Notes: generated by a model from the letters alone, not told the origin. A stretch of DNA of 64,000 nt from Acidimicrobiia bacterium (GCA_965203555.1 CBDBCY010000004.1:1440001-1504000), one strand, 5' to 3'; shown: positions 41,911-51,277, numbered from the stretch's first letter. A program made the numbers and translations.

Positions 41911-42735
41911 ATGACCTCGGCCTCTCTCACTCCACTACAGTTGTCCCGCCGCAGCCGCCTCCCCTACCACGAGTTAGAGAGACTGATCGCCACGGTCACC
42001 ACGGATACAATCCATCCCGGTTTGCCGCTGGCGGCTGAGATCGCCGATCGGACATCTCTTCTCCTCGGCATGCGAAAGGCGGGAGTACCGCTGCAGTACC
42101 TGGAAGGGCACGTCGACTTCGGCCCGGTGCGGGTGGGGGTGGATCGGAGGGCACTCATACCCCGGCCCGAGACCGAACAACTATGGGAACTGGTGGTCCG
42201 GTCGGTTCCGGTCTCTGTGCCGTCGGTGATAGTGGACATCGCAACCGGCTCGGGTGCGCTGGCCCTGGCCCTCGCTCACTCCTATCCGCAAGCGGAAGTG
42301 GTGGCCACCGACATCTCTTCGGAAGCTCTGGAATTGGCACGGGAGAACATGCGGGCCAACCGCTGGGTGGGGGGACGGATCGAGTTGCGAGAAGGCGATC
42401 TCTTTGAGGCTTTGCCGTCCTCGCTTCGGGGTGAGGTGGATATTCTGGTCTCCAATCCGCCCTACGTTACGGAGTCCGAATGGCCGGAACTTCCGTCCGA
42501 CGTGAGAGCCGAGCCCTATCAGGCCCTGGTGGCGGGCCCCCGTGGCACCGAGATACTGGAGAGACTGGCTGCCGGTGTGTCGGACTGGCTGAGACCATCG
42601 GGGACGGTAGTTGTTGAAGTCGGGGAAACCCAGGCCGCGGAGGTGCAGGAGGCTTTCCGGGCCGGAGGCATCAACGCCAGGATCAAACACGACCTGGCCG
42701 GTCGACGCCGGTTCGTATGGGGAAGCGTGATCTAG
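41911..42735 (+). CDS. prmC: Release factor glutamine methyltransferase
   Basis: LIPRPETE, DIATGSG and SNPPY motifs; follows prfA. Confidence 0.92.
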   Translation: MTSASLTPLQLSRRSRLPYHELERLIATVTTDTIHPGLPLAAEIADRTSLLLGMRKAGVPLQYLEGHVDFGPVRVGVDRRALIPRPETEQLWELVVRSVPVSVPSVIVDIATGSGALALALAHSYPQAEVVATDISSEALELARENMRANRWVGGRIELREGDLFEALPSSLRGEVDILVSNPPYVTESEWPELPSDVRAEPYQALVAGPRGTEILERLAAGVSDWLRPSGTVVVEVGETQAAEVQEAFRAGGINARIKHDLAGRRRFVWGSVI

Positions 42736-42739
42736 GTTC

Positions 42740-43291
42740 ATGACCCTCCCACTTCTGACTCAGGCCTGCGCCATGCTGGCCGAAGGAAAGGCAGTGGGAG
42801 TGCCGACCGACACCGTCTACGGGCTTGCCACCCATCACTGGGCGCAACAGGAGCTTTTCCGGCTGAAGGGCCGCCCGGCGGACAAGGCCATTCCCGTCCT
42901 GGTGGGGTCGATCGACGATGCACTGAGCATTGCCGTGTTTCCTCCCATAGCCCGGGAACTGGCCGAAGGCCACTGGCCGGGGCCTCTCACTCTGGTTCTG
43001 GCGGTTGAAAACTCTGACGGGAACCGGAGCGGCAACACAGTCGGCCTTCGGATGCCCGACTATCACCTCACCCTGGAACTGCTGGACCTGTGCGGTCCGC
43101 TGGCTGTCACATCCGCCAACCGGTCGGGGGGTTCACCGGCGCGATCGGATCGGGAAGCCCAGGAAGTCTTCGGCGCCCAGGTCGAGGTCTATCTACCGGG
43201 AGTGTGTCCGGGAGGACTGGCCTCCACGGTGATCGAAGCGCTGCCCGGCCGAGATCCCCGTATCCTTCGAACCGGCCCTGTCACCCTGTAG
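42740..43291 (+). CDS. tsaC: L-threonylcarbamoyladenylate synthase (YrdC/Sua5)
   Basis: PTDTVYGL, KGRP, WPGPLTLV and TSANRSG motifs. Confidence 0.92.
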   Translation: MTLPLLTQACAMLAEGKAVGVPTDTVYGLATHHWAQQELFRLKGRPADKAIPVLVGSIDDALSIAVFPPIARELAEGHWPGPLTLVLAVENSDGNRSGNTVGLRMPDYHLTLELLDLCGPLAVTSANRSGGSPARSDREAQEVFGAQVEVYLPGVCPGGLASTVIEALPGRDPRILRTGPVTL

Positions 43292-43350
43292 GTATCTTCG
43301 TCAAAAAGCCGACATTCCATTTGGTTGGGCAGGCCTGTTCGGATGGCCAG

Positions 43351-43692
43351 CTACCACCAACCTCTTGGGCGACTCTTTCGACCACCGCTTCTCGTCCTGT
43401 TGTAGCGGGGATTCCTCCCCCCGGATCTCCTGCGGTACTTCGCCAGCCTCGCCCCTTCCCAGCGTCGGGCCCCTTTACGAGAAAGGCGTCGGGTTTCCAC
43501 CCGCATCCTGCCTCGTTTGCCGGCCCGCCGGTGCTGTGCTGCCCTCCGCCGGGGGTTGTTGGTGATCCCCACATACTTCACTCGCCCCCGTCGGCCTCGG
43601 AGCGTATAGCCACGAACCCCTTTAGCCCTGGTGGTTCTTCTCCGAGATCCGCCTCTCGTCCTCCGATATCGCTTCTTTCTGTATCTGCTCAT
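43351..43692 (-). CDS. Extremely Arg-rich minimal GIY-YIG-like nuclease
   Basis: GYTL...KYVGITNNP.RR..QH...WE...PRYN retains the Tyr/Tyr-Gly, Arg, Glu and Asn pattern of GIY-YIG domains. Confidence 0.65.
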   Translation of the reverse strand: MSRYRKKRYRRTRGGSRRRTTRAKGVRGYTLRGRRGRVKYVGITNNPRRRAAQHRRAGKRGRMRVETRRLSRKGARRWEGARLAKYRRRSGGRNPRYNRTRSGGRKSRPRGWW

Positions 43693-43701
43693 AGGAGTTG
43701 A

Positions 43702-43723
43702 AATCTATCGACATCCGGTGACA
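43702..43723 (-). promoter_or_regulatory. TGTCAC-N10-TAGATT promoter motif of the GIY-YIG-like gene
   Basis: Minus strand TGTCAC cggatgtcga TAGATT, 9 nt before the ATG. Confidence 0.55.
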
Positions 43724-43852
43724 CCCCGTGGTTGCCACCATGCGATTGGATGAACCGGGGAACCTGTCTCAATACCCTTACCGATTTGAGATCCTCTCGG
43801 TTGGCCTTCTCTTAGTGTTTGTTTTAACAACTTAGTATTATACGGTGTTGTT

Positions 43853-43874
43853 TGTCACACCCATGGTGCATACT
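43853..43874 (+). promoter_or_regulatory. TGTCAC-N10-CATACT promoter motif of the HNH gene
   Basis: TGTCAC acccatggtg CATACT, 7 nt before ATG 43882 (leaderless geometry). Confidence 0.5.
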
Positions 43875-43881
43875 GGTATGT

Positions 43882-45093
43882 ATGAACAGAAAAGATGTGA
43901 ACGGAACATCGGTGGTCAACCGGGTGCGTCTGTTGGCACCCACTCTGCCGGTTTCTCAGGCTTCGTCTGAGCAGTTGCGACAGCGGTTGAAGTCGACGGT
44001 CCGCGTTCAGAACCAGGCGGCGGCGATCCGCGCCGAGGTCCTGTCCGAGTTGCGCCGACGCAAAGGCGCCGAGGTGGTGGAAACCGTTTTGCAAAAGGAC
44101 GGTCTGCTGCCCCGACGGAAGGCCCGGTCAGAGGTGGAAACCGCCAAAGAATTGGAGGAACTGCCCAAGACGCGGGAGGGTTTCCAAAAGGGAGAGATCT
44201 CTGCTGACAACGCCCGGATCATCGCCGGCGCCAACCAGCGGGGAGAGATCGACGAAAATGAACTGTTGGACGGTGCCCGTTCCCAGTCTCCTGACAAGTT
44301 CGCGGCCACGGTCCGCAAACACGAACAAAAGCGTGCTCAGGATGATGGTGTTTCGAAGTTGGAGCATCAGCGGTCGCGGCGGTTCGCCAGGATCAAGACC
44401 GACCTTGAGGACGGGATGACCGTGCTGTACGGGCGGTTCGATCCGGTGACGGGTGCTCGGGTCGAGACTGCAGTGTCACGGATGATGAAACAACTGTGGC
44501 ATGAGGAAGACCCCCGGAACCGGGCCACTTCGGGTCAACGGATGGCCGACGCCCTGGCCGAACTTGTCACCCGTCAGGGAAAAGACGGCCGGTCCCAGGA
44601 TGTGCGGATGTTGCTGATCGCCGACTACCACGCGGTCAGCAAGGAACTTGGAAACCCCCGCCTGTCCGATGGAACCCCCATTCCCGCCCGGACGTTGCGG
44701 CATCTGGCCTGTGATGCTCAGATCCTGCCCGCCGTGTTCGCGGGGTCTTCGATACCCCTGGATTTGGGAAGGGCCCGCCGCAAGGCCAGCGGAACCCAAC
44801 GCGCTGCTCTCATTGCCCGCGACAAGCACTGTGTGGGCTGCGGCGCCAAAGCCTCCTGGTGTCAGGCGCATCACATCGTCCACTGGGCCGACGGAGGACC
44901 CACCGATCTGGACAACATGTGTCTTTTGTGCAGCAGATGCCACCACAAAGTACACGACAACGGCTGGACAGTACACCAGTCCCCACAGGGAAGATACTCC
45001 CTCCGCCGCCCACCGAACAGCCTCGGCCGCCCACCCCGCCGCCAGGCATCTCACCGGTACCGGCGCAGGCGAACTGTCCGACAACGCAAATGA
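43882..45093 (+). CDS. DUF222 + HNH endonuclease (13E12-repeat family)
   Basis: QRMADAL, LACDA, LDLGR, RDKHCVGC, CQAHHIVHWADGGPTDLDN and LLCSRCHHKVH motifs. Confidence 0.92.
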   Translation: MNRKDVNGTSVVNRVRLLAPTLPVSQASSEQLRQRLKSTVRVQNQAAAIRAEVLSELRRRKGAEVVETVLQKDGLLPRRKARSEVETAKELEELPKTREGFQKGEISADNARIIAGANQRGEIDENELLDGARSQSPDKFAATVRKHEQKRAQDDGVSKLEHQRSRRFARIKTDLEDGMTVLYGRFDPVTGARVETAVSRMMKQLWHEEDPRNRATSGQRMADALAELVTRQGKDGRSQDVRMLLIADYHAVSKELGNPRLSDGTPIPARTLRHLACDAQILPAVFAGSSIPLDLGRARRKASGTQRAALIARDKHCVGCGAKASWCQAHHIVHWADGGPTDLDNMCLLCSRCHHKVHDNGWTVHQSPQGRYSLRRPPNSLGRPPRRQASHRYRRRRTVRQRK

Positions 45094-45266
45094 ACCCATC
45101 CGAACCCCTGCTTCTCGACAACTAACCCGCGAAAACGACCGACACACTCTTAACCCGTTGCGCCCCTTGCCCACCCCAAAGTTCTCTTCGCGAACCCGCT
45201 GGAACGCAGGAAATAGTCAGCGCTATTACCACCATCCCAGCCAAACGGGGGGTAGTGTGAAAGCAA

Positions 45267-46340
45267 TCTTGTGATTGATGTGAGCAGTCCGAGTCGGGTT
45301 GCTCGCTGAATACCATAGCCCGCCAACAGGTCGGGGAGTAGCTACCGCCGACCTTGGGTGAATAGGCGAGGCCATCTGTGTCCTCACGTCAATCACAGGA
45401 ACAACCCGATGACGTGAGGACAACCATGAAAGCGTGTGGAGGAACCCTACGAGGTTCTCGTCCAGGTAGGCACCCGCCCGACCTACTACCACAAGCGGGT
45501 GGCTTACACCGTGACCATCCCATACACGCCAAGTTGCCCACACCGTGGAGACACAGTCCCAGGTGTGTCGATGACCCGAGGCCGATAGCCCGAACCGAAG
45601 GATGGGGAGGCCCGAGCAAATCAGGCCTCCCCATCAATCTTCAGTCGAGTGATAGCTGGAGGCGAGGGCAGTCACGGGGGCCGCTGGGCGGAGCCCGGAC
45701 TCCAAATCCGAGCCTGGCGGGTTCGATTCCCGCTCCCCGTGCCATAGATGAGAGAGAAGCACTTCGCCGCCGAGCCCATCGAAGCGTATGGCGACGAAGT
45801 GGCTTTGGGCGAGCGGACGGTGTTCGGTTGGGAGATTCCCGCCCAGGAGACAAGGCGCGACTCTATGTGGAGTTGATGGCGATCAGAGTCGGATGGTCTA
45901 TGCCGGCTGTGCGGCAAGAAGGCCGGGTTAGACCTACCTCCTCCCAGGCCGAAGCGCGAGTCTGGCCGCCCAAACAGTGTGAACGGGGCGGGTGCGGGAC
46001 GTTGGCTTACCACTCGGCAGGTGCGCTGGTGTTCACGTCTGTGCTGGGCGCTGGGCAACGGGAAGATGCCGTGGATGTGGCAGATGCTTCACGATTCGGC
46101 AGGAGGGGCGTGTGGAGCCTGCGGGATCGAGAGGTTCGTGCCCCAGCGGACCAAGCCCTTCGTGGTCCGTAACCGACCGGTCCTCGGACCGAATGACTGG
46201 CCCAAAAGCGAAACGCCAAGGAGGACGCCAAGAGCCTTCAGCAACAGTGGAGGGCAGAACCCCGAGTCCGGAAGCCCCGGCATGACGAGAGGAGGTCGCT
46301 ATGAGCGGCAACGATGATCAAGCAGTAAAGCTGCGGAAAA
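45267..46340 (+). ncRNA. Candidate large, highly structured non-coding RNA (about 1.07 kb) containing a tRNA-like domain
   Basis: No credible protein ORF; many nested long-range helices with G-U pairs (see findings); a TAGTGT -10-like hexamer at 45253-45258. Boundaries approximate. Confidence 0.65.
45674..45744 (+). tRNA. tRNA-Trp(CCA)-like gene with a shortened, non-canonical D-arm
   Basis: Acceptor stem ACGGGGG/TCCCCGT, discriminator G, encoded CCA; anticodon arm CGGA-ctCCAaa-TCCG; T-arm GCGGG-TTCGATT-CCCGC. Confidence 0.8.
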
Positions 46341-46364
46341 CACGAGTTTTGAAAGGATCGAGAC

Positions 46365-47592
46365 ATGGGAGCCTGTAAGCGAATTATCATCGCCGCTGTT
46401 GCCTTTCTGTGGCTTTTCGGCGTCATGGCCGGGTTCGTAACCCGCCCGACGCCAGCCGTAGCGGCAGGGTGTACCAAGACGACCAACACGCAAGGTCTCG
46501 ATGTGTGGAACTTCGCCGGGAACACTCGCGGAGGCTGGGCGGGGAAACCCGGTGGGGCGAGCAACTACGCCAAGACGCTTTGTGAGCAGGCAGCGGAAAA
46601 GCATGCCGCCACTACAACTACCGTGCCCGGCACGACCACGACCACGACCACTCTACCTCAGGACGATAATGATGCCGTCACGAGTGGGAGAACTGGGGGC
46701 GTGAACACCAATTCGGTTAAAACCACCACGGGTGGGACGACAGGTGTGAATGAGAACAGCCACAACCAGGCCTCGGCTTTGCCGAAGGCTTGGATTGAGG
46801 CCGCAGGGTTCATCCAGAAGCGCGGCCAAACCTTCGCGAAGTTTCTCGTAAAGGTGTCGCCCGCCAACACCAATCGCATCTACGTGAGGTATAAGGTGAC
46901 TCAGTCCGGGGGGCCCGTTGCCAAACGGGCATATCTTACCTACCGTGGCTCCTCTAACTACGCTGAGGTCGATAACGGTCAAGGGCCTATTGAAGTAGGT
47001 GTCCTGGAAGAGGTCGCCACTGAAGGCAGGATCTGGGCCCAGATCCTGCCGGCCGATGAGACGGGTGGCATCTCGTACACCCTGGCGAAGACATCCAGTA
47101 GGCCCGACAAGGTCTCCATCCGTGTGGCCGCCACCGTAACTGACGATGAGTGCGCCGAGGGCAAGGAGGATATCGACGAATATGACCTACCAGATGTGAC
47201 GGTCGGGAAGCGCACAATCAGCCCTGGGACAATCGAGGTGGACCGGTGCAAGGACGTCACCGGGAATATCGCGGCGAACGCGGCGAGCAAAATAGTGGCG
47301 AAACTTCTTCAACACTTGCCTACCGATGACTCTGAGTGCCTACACGCGTCGTGCTTTCGCCAGATCCGACACTATGAGGCGGTATACGCTTGCTTCGAGG
47401 CAAGGGTTGCGGATGCGATCGAGCATACGATCAACGTGGTTCTTGTGAATGCCCCAGGTGAGATCGAGTGGTCCGATTGTGTTATCCCGGAGGACCCCGC
47501 CTGGCCGATAATTAGCGTCGCAAAGGAAGGTAATGTCGATATCGGCGCCGATGAGATCGTCTTCAAGTTCCCAATCCAACCGGATACTTGGA
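46365..47592 (+). pseudogene. 5' part of a large secreted Calx-beta-type repeat protein, interrupted by IS21
   Basis: Signal peptide (KRIIIAAVAFLWLF...AVAA), Thr-rich linker; joins in frame to 49884 once the IS is removed. Confidence 0.8.
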
Positions 47593-47657
47593 TGATGACG
47601 ATCATCGAAAGTACCCAGAGTCGATCAGCGAAAGTTCCCACCCTGGGTTGGGTGGTT

Positions 47658-48443
47658 TTAGGCTAGCAGGTCTCCTTTCGGTCGGTGTTTTCGGGCTTGG
47701 GCTTGGTAGCTTCTCAGGCGGTAGCTGTCGCCGGTGATGGTGAACACCACGCTTTTGTGGAGCAGCCGGTCGAGCATGGCGGCGGCGATGGTGTGGTCGG
47801 AGAAGATCTCTCCCCACGACGCGACACCGAGGTTGGTGGTGAGAATGATCGATCCTTTTCCGTACCGTCTGGAGATGACTTGGAACAGGGTGGCGGCGTC
47901 TTCTGCCGGCATGGGCAGATAGCCCAGTTCGTCGATGATCAACACTTTGGGGGTGTTGAAGAACCGCAACGTTTGGGCCCATCGTCCTTGTAGGGCGGCT
48001 TTGCGGCACCGCGCCGCCAGGTCCGCAGCGGTGGTGTAGTACACCTTGTGACCGGTGTCTACCGCGGCGCGGCCGAGGATGACCGCCAGCATGGTTTTGC
48101 CCACGCCGGGCGGTCCGATGAACAAAACGTTGGAGGCATCGGCCAGGTAGGCCCCGGTAACCAGCTCTCTTACCAGTTTCTCGTCGACGCTGGGTTGGGC
48201 GGTGAAGTCGAAGTCTTCCAGTTGCCATCTGGTGGGGAAGTTCGCCAGTTTGAGACGGGTTTCCCATCGCCGTTGTTCGGTGGTCTCGACTTCTACTCGA
48301 AGTAGACCTTCAAGGAACTCGGTGTGGCTTTCACGGTTGGTTCGTGCCTGTTCGAGGTGGGTGGGGAGCGCCTCGGCGGCGGCGGGTAGGTTGAGGTAGG
48401 CCAGATGGCCTCGCAGCTGTTGGTACACCGATTGGTTCATCAC
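47658..48443 (-). CDS. istB: IS21 helper AAA+ ATPase
   Basis: GPPGVGKT, LIIDELGY, ILTTN, LDRLLH and GDSYRL motifs. Confidence 0.95.
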   Translation of the reverse strand: MMNQSVYQQLRGHLAYLNLPAAAEALPTHLEQARTNRESHTEFLEGLLRVEVETTEQRRWETRLKLANFPTRWQLEDFDFTAQPSVDEKLVRELVTGAYLADASNVLFIGPPGVGKTMLAVILGRAAVDTGHKVYYTTAADLAARCRKAALQGRWAQTLRFFNTPKVLIIDELGYLPMPAEDAATLFQVISRRYGKGSIILTTNLGVASWGEIFSDHTIAAAMLDRLLHKSVVFTITGDSYRLRSYQAQARKHRPKGDLLA

Positions 48444-49738
48444 AGCCCCGCTTTTCGGTTTTGTTGGTCGATGTGCCGCTGGTACACCTCCAGATCGATC
48501 ACCGTTTCGGTGTACAGGTCTCCGATACCGGCGGCGATAGCCAAAGCCGCGTCTGATGGCGGACGGTTGGGTTTGGGTTTGCAGGGTGGTTTGGTGGTGA
48601 ACTCGGCTAGGACCACGTTCTCCAAAGCGGCGGTGTGTTCGGGTAGCCGAACCACCCGTCCCATACCGCGGGGTGCCTGCTGGTGGGTGGCGACCAGCCG
48701 GCCACTGGCCGAGAACATGCTGATAGTGGGGTCACCGAGCCTCCATCGGACGGTGACCTGGGTTCCTATCACCCCTGGTGGCACCGAGTATCGGTTACCG
48801 CGTACCGATACCAGCCCGTTGGATGTCACCCTGCGCTCCAAAGTCCCTTCTGCCGGGTAAGCCACCAGGGGCAGCTCGAGGAGAGGCTCGGTCTTGGCCA
48901 GCTCACCCACCGTGCTCTCACCCCGTGGGCGAAGATCGCCCACGGTCTGGCAGAATCTGTCCAGACTGTGCTGTGCTTCGGCGATGCTGGTCACCGCTGC
49001 GGTGCGCCACCACCGCTGAGAGACATAGTGGATGGCCTTTTCCACCACGCCTTTCCGTTGAGGACGGCGCGGTGGGCACGGGTCAACAACCACCCCATAA
49101 TGTTTGGCTACCCCAACGAACGACGGCTGGATACGACCGGTGGCGGCGACCACGGTCGCCATCCGATCCACCCTCCACCGCCGCGGGGTACCCTCCAGTC
49201 GTCTCAACACCTGGTCAAGACCCTCCACCAAATGGGGTTGGTCCTGGCGGGACGTGATCCACGCCCGAAAAGCGCCCGAGTGCGACAGCACACCCACCAG
49301 CACATGAGCGGTGGCTCCCCACGGCGTGTCACGTAACTCCACCCAGTCCCACTGGCACTCCTCACCCGGTGGATGATCGATGATCGCCGTGGCCCGGCCC
49401 CTGGTACCCGCACAGGCGCCACACAACGGCCGCAGGCCCCGAAGACGGACCTTCCGCACGAACGTCGGGTAGCTCTGCTCATAGCCCAAAGCCACCACCT
49501 CGTCGAACAACGCCGACCCCCACACATGCGGATCATCAGACAACCGCTGCCGCACATACGCCTCGAACTCATCAAACAGATCCGCCCCCGCCCGGGCACG
49601 CTGACCGGGCACCCGATCGCCCGACAGATACGCTCGCACGGTACGGCGGCTCTTACCAACATGACGGGCGATAGCCGAGATCGACCACCCCCGCCTCCTC
49701 AAAGCATGAACTTCCACGCACTCCTCCAGTACCAACAT
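48440..49738 (-). CDS. istA: IS21 DDE transposase
   Basis: GWSISAIAR HTH, QWDW, VDRM, RKGVVE and NRYSVP motifs. Confidence 0.95.
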   Translation of the reverse strand: MLVLEECVEVHALRRRGWSISAIARHVGKSRRTVRAYLSGDRVPGQRARAGADLFDEFEAYVRQRLSDDPHVWGSALFDEVVALGYEQSYPTFVRKVRLRGLRPLCGACAGTRGRATAIIDHPPGEECQWDWVELRDTPWGATAHVLVGVLSHSGAFRAWITSRQDQPHLVEGLDQVLRRLEGTPRRWRVDRMATVVAATGRIQPSFVGVAKHYGVVVDPCPPRRPQRKGVVEKAIHYVSQRWWRTAAVTSIAEAQHSLDRFCQTVGDLRPRGESTVGELAKTEPLLELPLVAYPAEGTLERRVTSNGLVSVRGNRYSVPPGVIGTQVTVRWRLGDPTISMFSASGRLVATHQQAPRGMGRVVRLPEHTAALENVVLAEFTTKPPCKPKPNRPPSDAALAIAAGIGDLYTETVIDLEVYQRHIDQQNRKAGL

Positions 49739-51277
49739 AAAGGGCAGGGCTCCTCTCCACAGCTAGGAAATGTGACAATCCCTTAGCTTGGAGAGAGCCC
49801 TACCCAACAACGGGCATTTACCCCCAGGAGGTGGGAACTTTCAGTGATCGAGACTGGGAACTTTCAGTGATCGCCAACATGGAGGTACGAAGGCTCCCTT
49901 TTCGACCTGGATAATGCCCCAAAGTTGCGTGTCTCTATCGTTCAATTCGGCAATGTACTGACGAAGGATGCCCCCACTACCGCACCAATAGCCGCTAGTG
50001 AGGGCAAGCTGAAATTGGGTATACACCCTAACCGCTCTGGGTGGGTAGACCTCCAACTTCATCCCGGGTCCTGGTATAGCCGGACGGATCCCTACTCAGC
50101 CAGAATACAAATCAATGACAACAGGCCGGCGGCCTCCGTCAGCGCCAACTCTCCCGATCCTGGTAAGGATGTCGTCTTCACGGTGACCATGGATACCTCG
50201 GGCAATTTCGACGTGGTTCTGAAGATTGAGCAGGAGGGGGGTGTCCTCTCCCGGACCGTCACTGAAAGGACGGTGTATGTAACAAACGGCACTGGGTCCA
50301 TCAACCTTGGCACCAAGGCCAAGACTGCTGGAACCGTGACCGCCAAGATCCGGGATGATGATTGGAACCCCTTTCGGGTCGCCACCAGGTCGGCTACAGC
50401 GGCGGTCGGTAGCCTCCCAGAGCTTTTTGTCTACAAATACCAAACAGGCACTGTGACTGAAGGCCAAACCGCCTACTTTGTCATTGCTTCCAAAGACTGG
50501 ACTCCGGTCCCGTGGGATGTGACGGCGAAATTCTTCCGGGTGCAATACGGGTCGTTCGCCAACTGGAGTGGTAAGGGACAGATCACCATCCCTGAGGGCT
50601 CGTCATACTCCAACTGGATCCGGGTCACCATTCAGAAGGACAACTGCAAGGAGTCCGATGGTTGGGTCGGCATCATCCTTGATAAGGACGACAAGTACGA
50701 ACTGGCCGAACCCTCCGCCGACAAAGTGGATGTGGTCGATAACGACGGGTCCTCGGCGGATTGCTCTAGCGTATCGACAACATCGCTTTCAACCAATTGG
50801 GCTGACACGGTGAGGATGGTTAGGACTACGGGTAGTGTGGGCGGAGGGACCACCACGACGACCACCACGACCACGACGACCACCACAACTACCACGACAC
50901 CCGTGACTACCTGCTCGTCTGGCCAGTCGAAGAAGAATGGCGTTTGTGGCTACCCGGTGCTGACTATTGAAAGGGTCTCATCGAGCGTTACCGAGGGTCA
51001 GAAGGCTGAGTTCCGCATTCGCTCGGACCGCGATCTTCCAAGGGGTACGAACGTAGGAGTACGCCCCTCGCCGAGCGGCAACTACGGTATTGGTACTGCG
51101 GTTACGTCCGTCAGGATTGACAACGGCCGGTCATGGACCTTCGGTTGGTACACCACTGATGACTCCACGGACGAGGCGAACGGTTCGGTCACCGCTACCC
51201 TGGGCTCTGGCCATGGTGATTACACGGTGGGGTCGCCTAGTTCAGCCACGGTAACGATAAGGGACAACGACGAGGCT

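Larger units (their letters stand above)
47593..49879 (-). mobile_element. IS21-family insertion sequence, 2287 bp, TGGA target-site duplication
   Basis: TG...CA ends; imperfect IRs of about 50 bp, each with two cgatca..gaaagtwccca subrepeats; TGGA at 47589-47592 and 49880-49883; istA-istB. Confidence 0.95.

Noticed and set aside
43882-45093. IscB/Cas9-like RNA-guided nuclease
   Set aside because: No PLMP or split RuvC motifs; the architecture is DUF222 plus a C-terminal HNH.
45378-46317. ORF-track proteins across the structured region (e.g. 264 aa at 45378-46172)
   Set aside because: No motifs, no RBS, and Arg/Gly/Pro composition typical of random GC-rich frames.
45267-46340. tmRNA, RNase P RNA or group II intron
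   Set aside because: The tRNA-like part has a full Trp anticodon arm and no Ala G3-U70 pair; there is no tag ending in AA-stop, no RNase P GAGGAAAGUCC motif, and no recognisable domain V or RT ORF.
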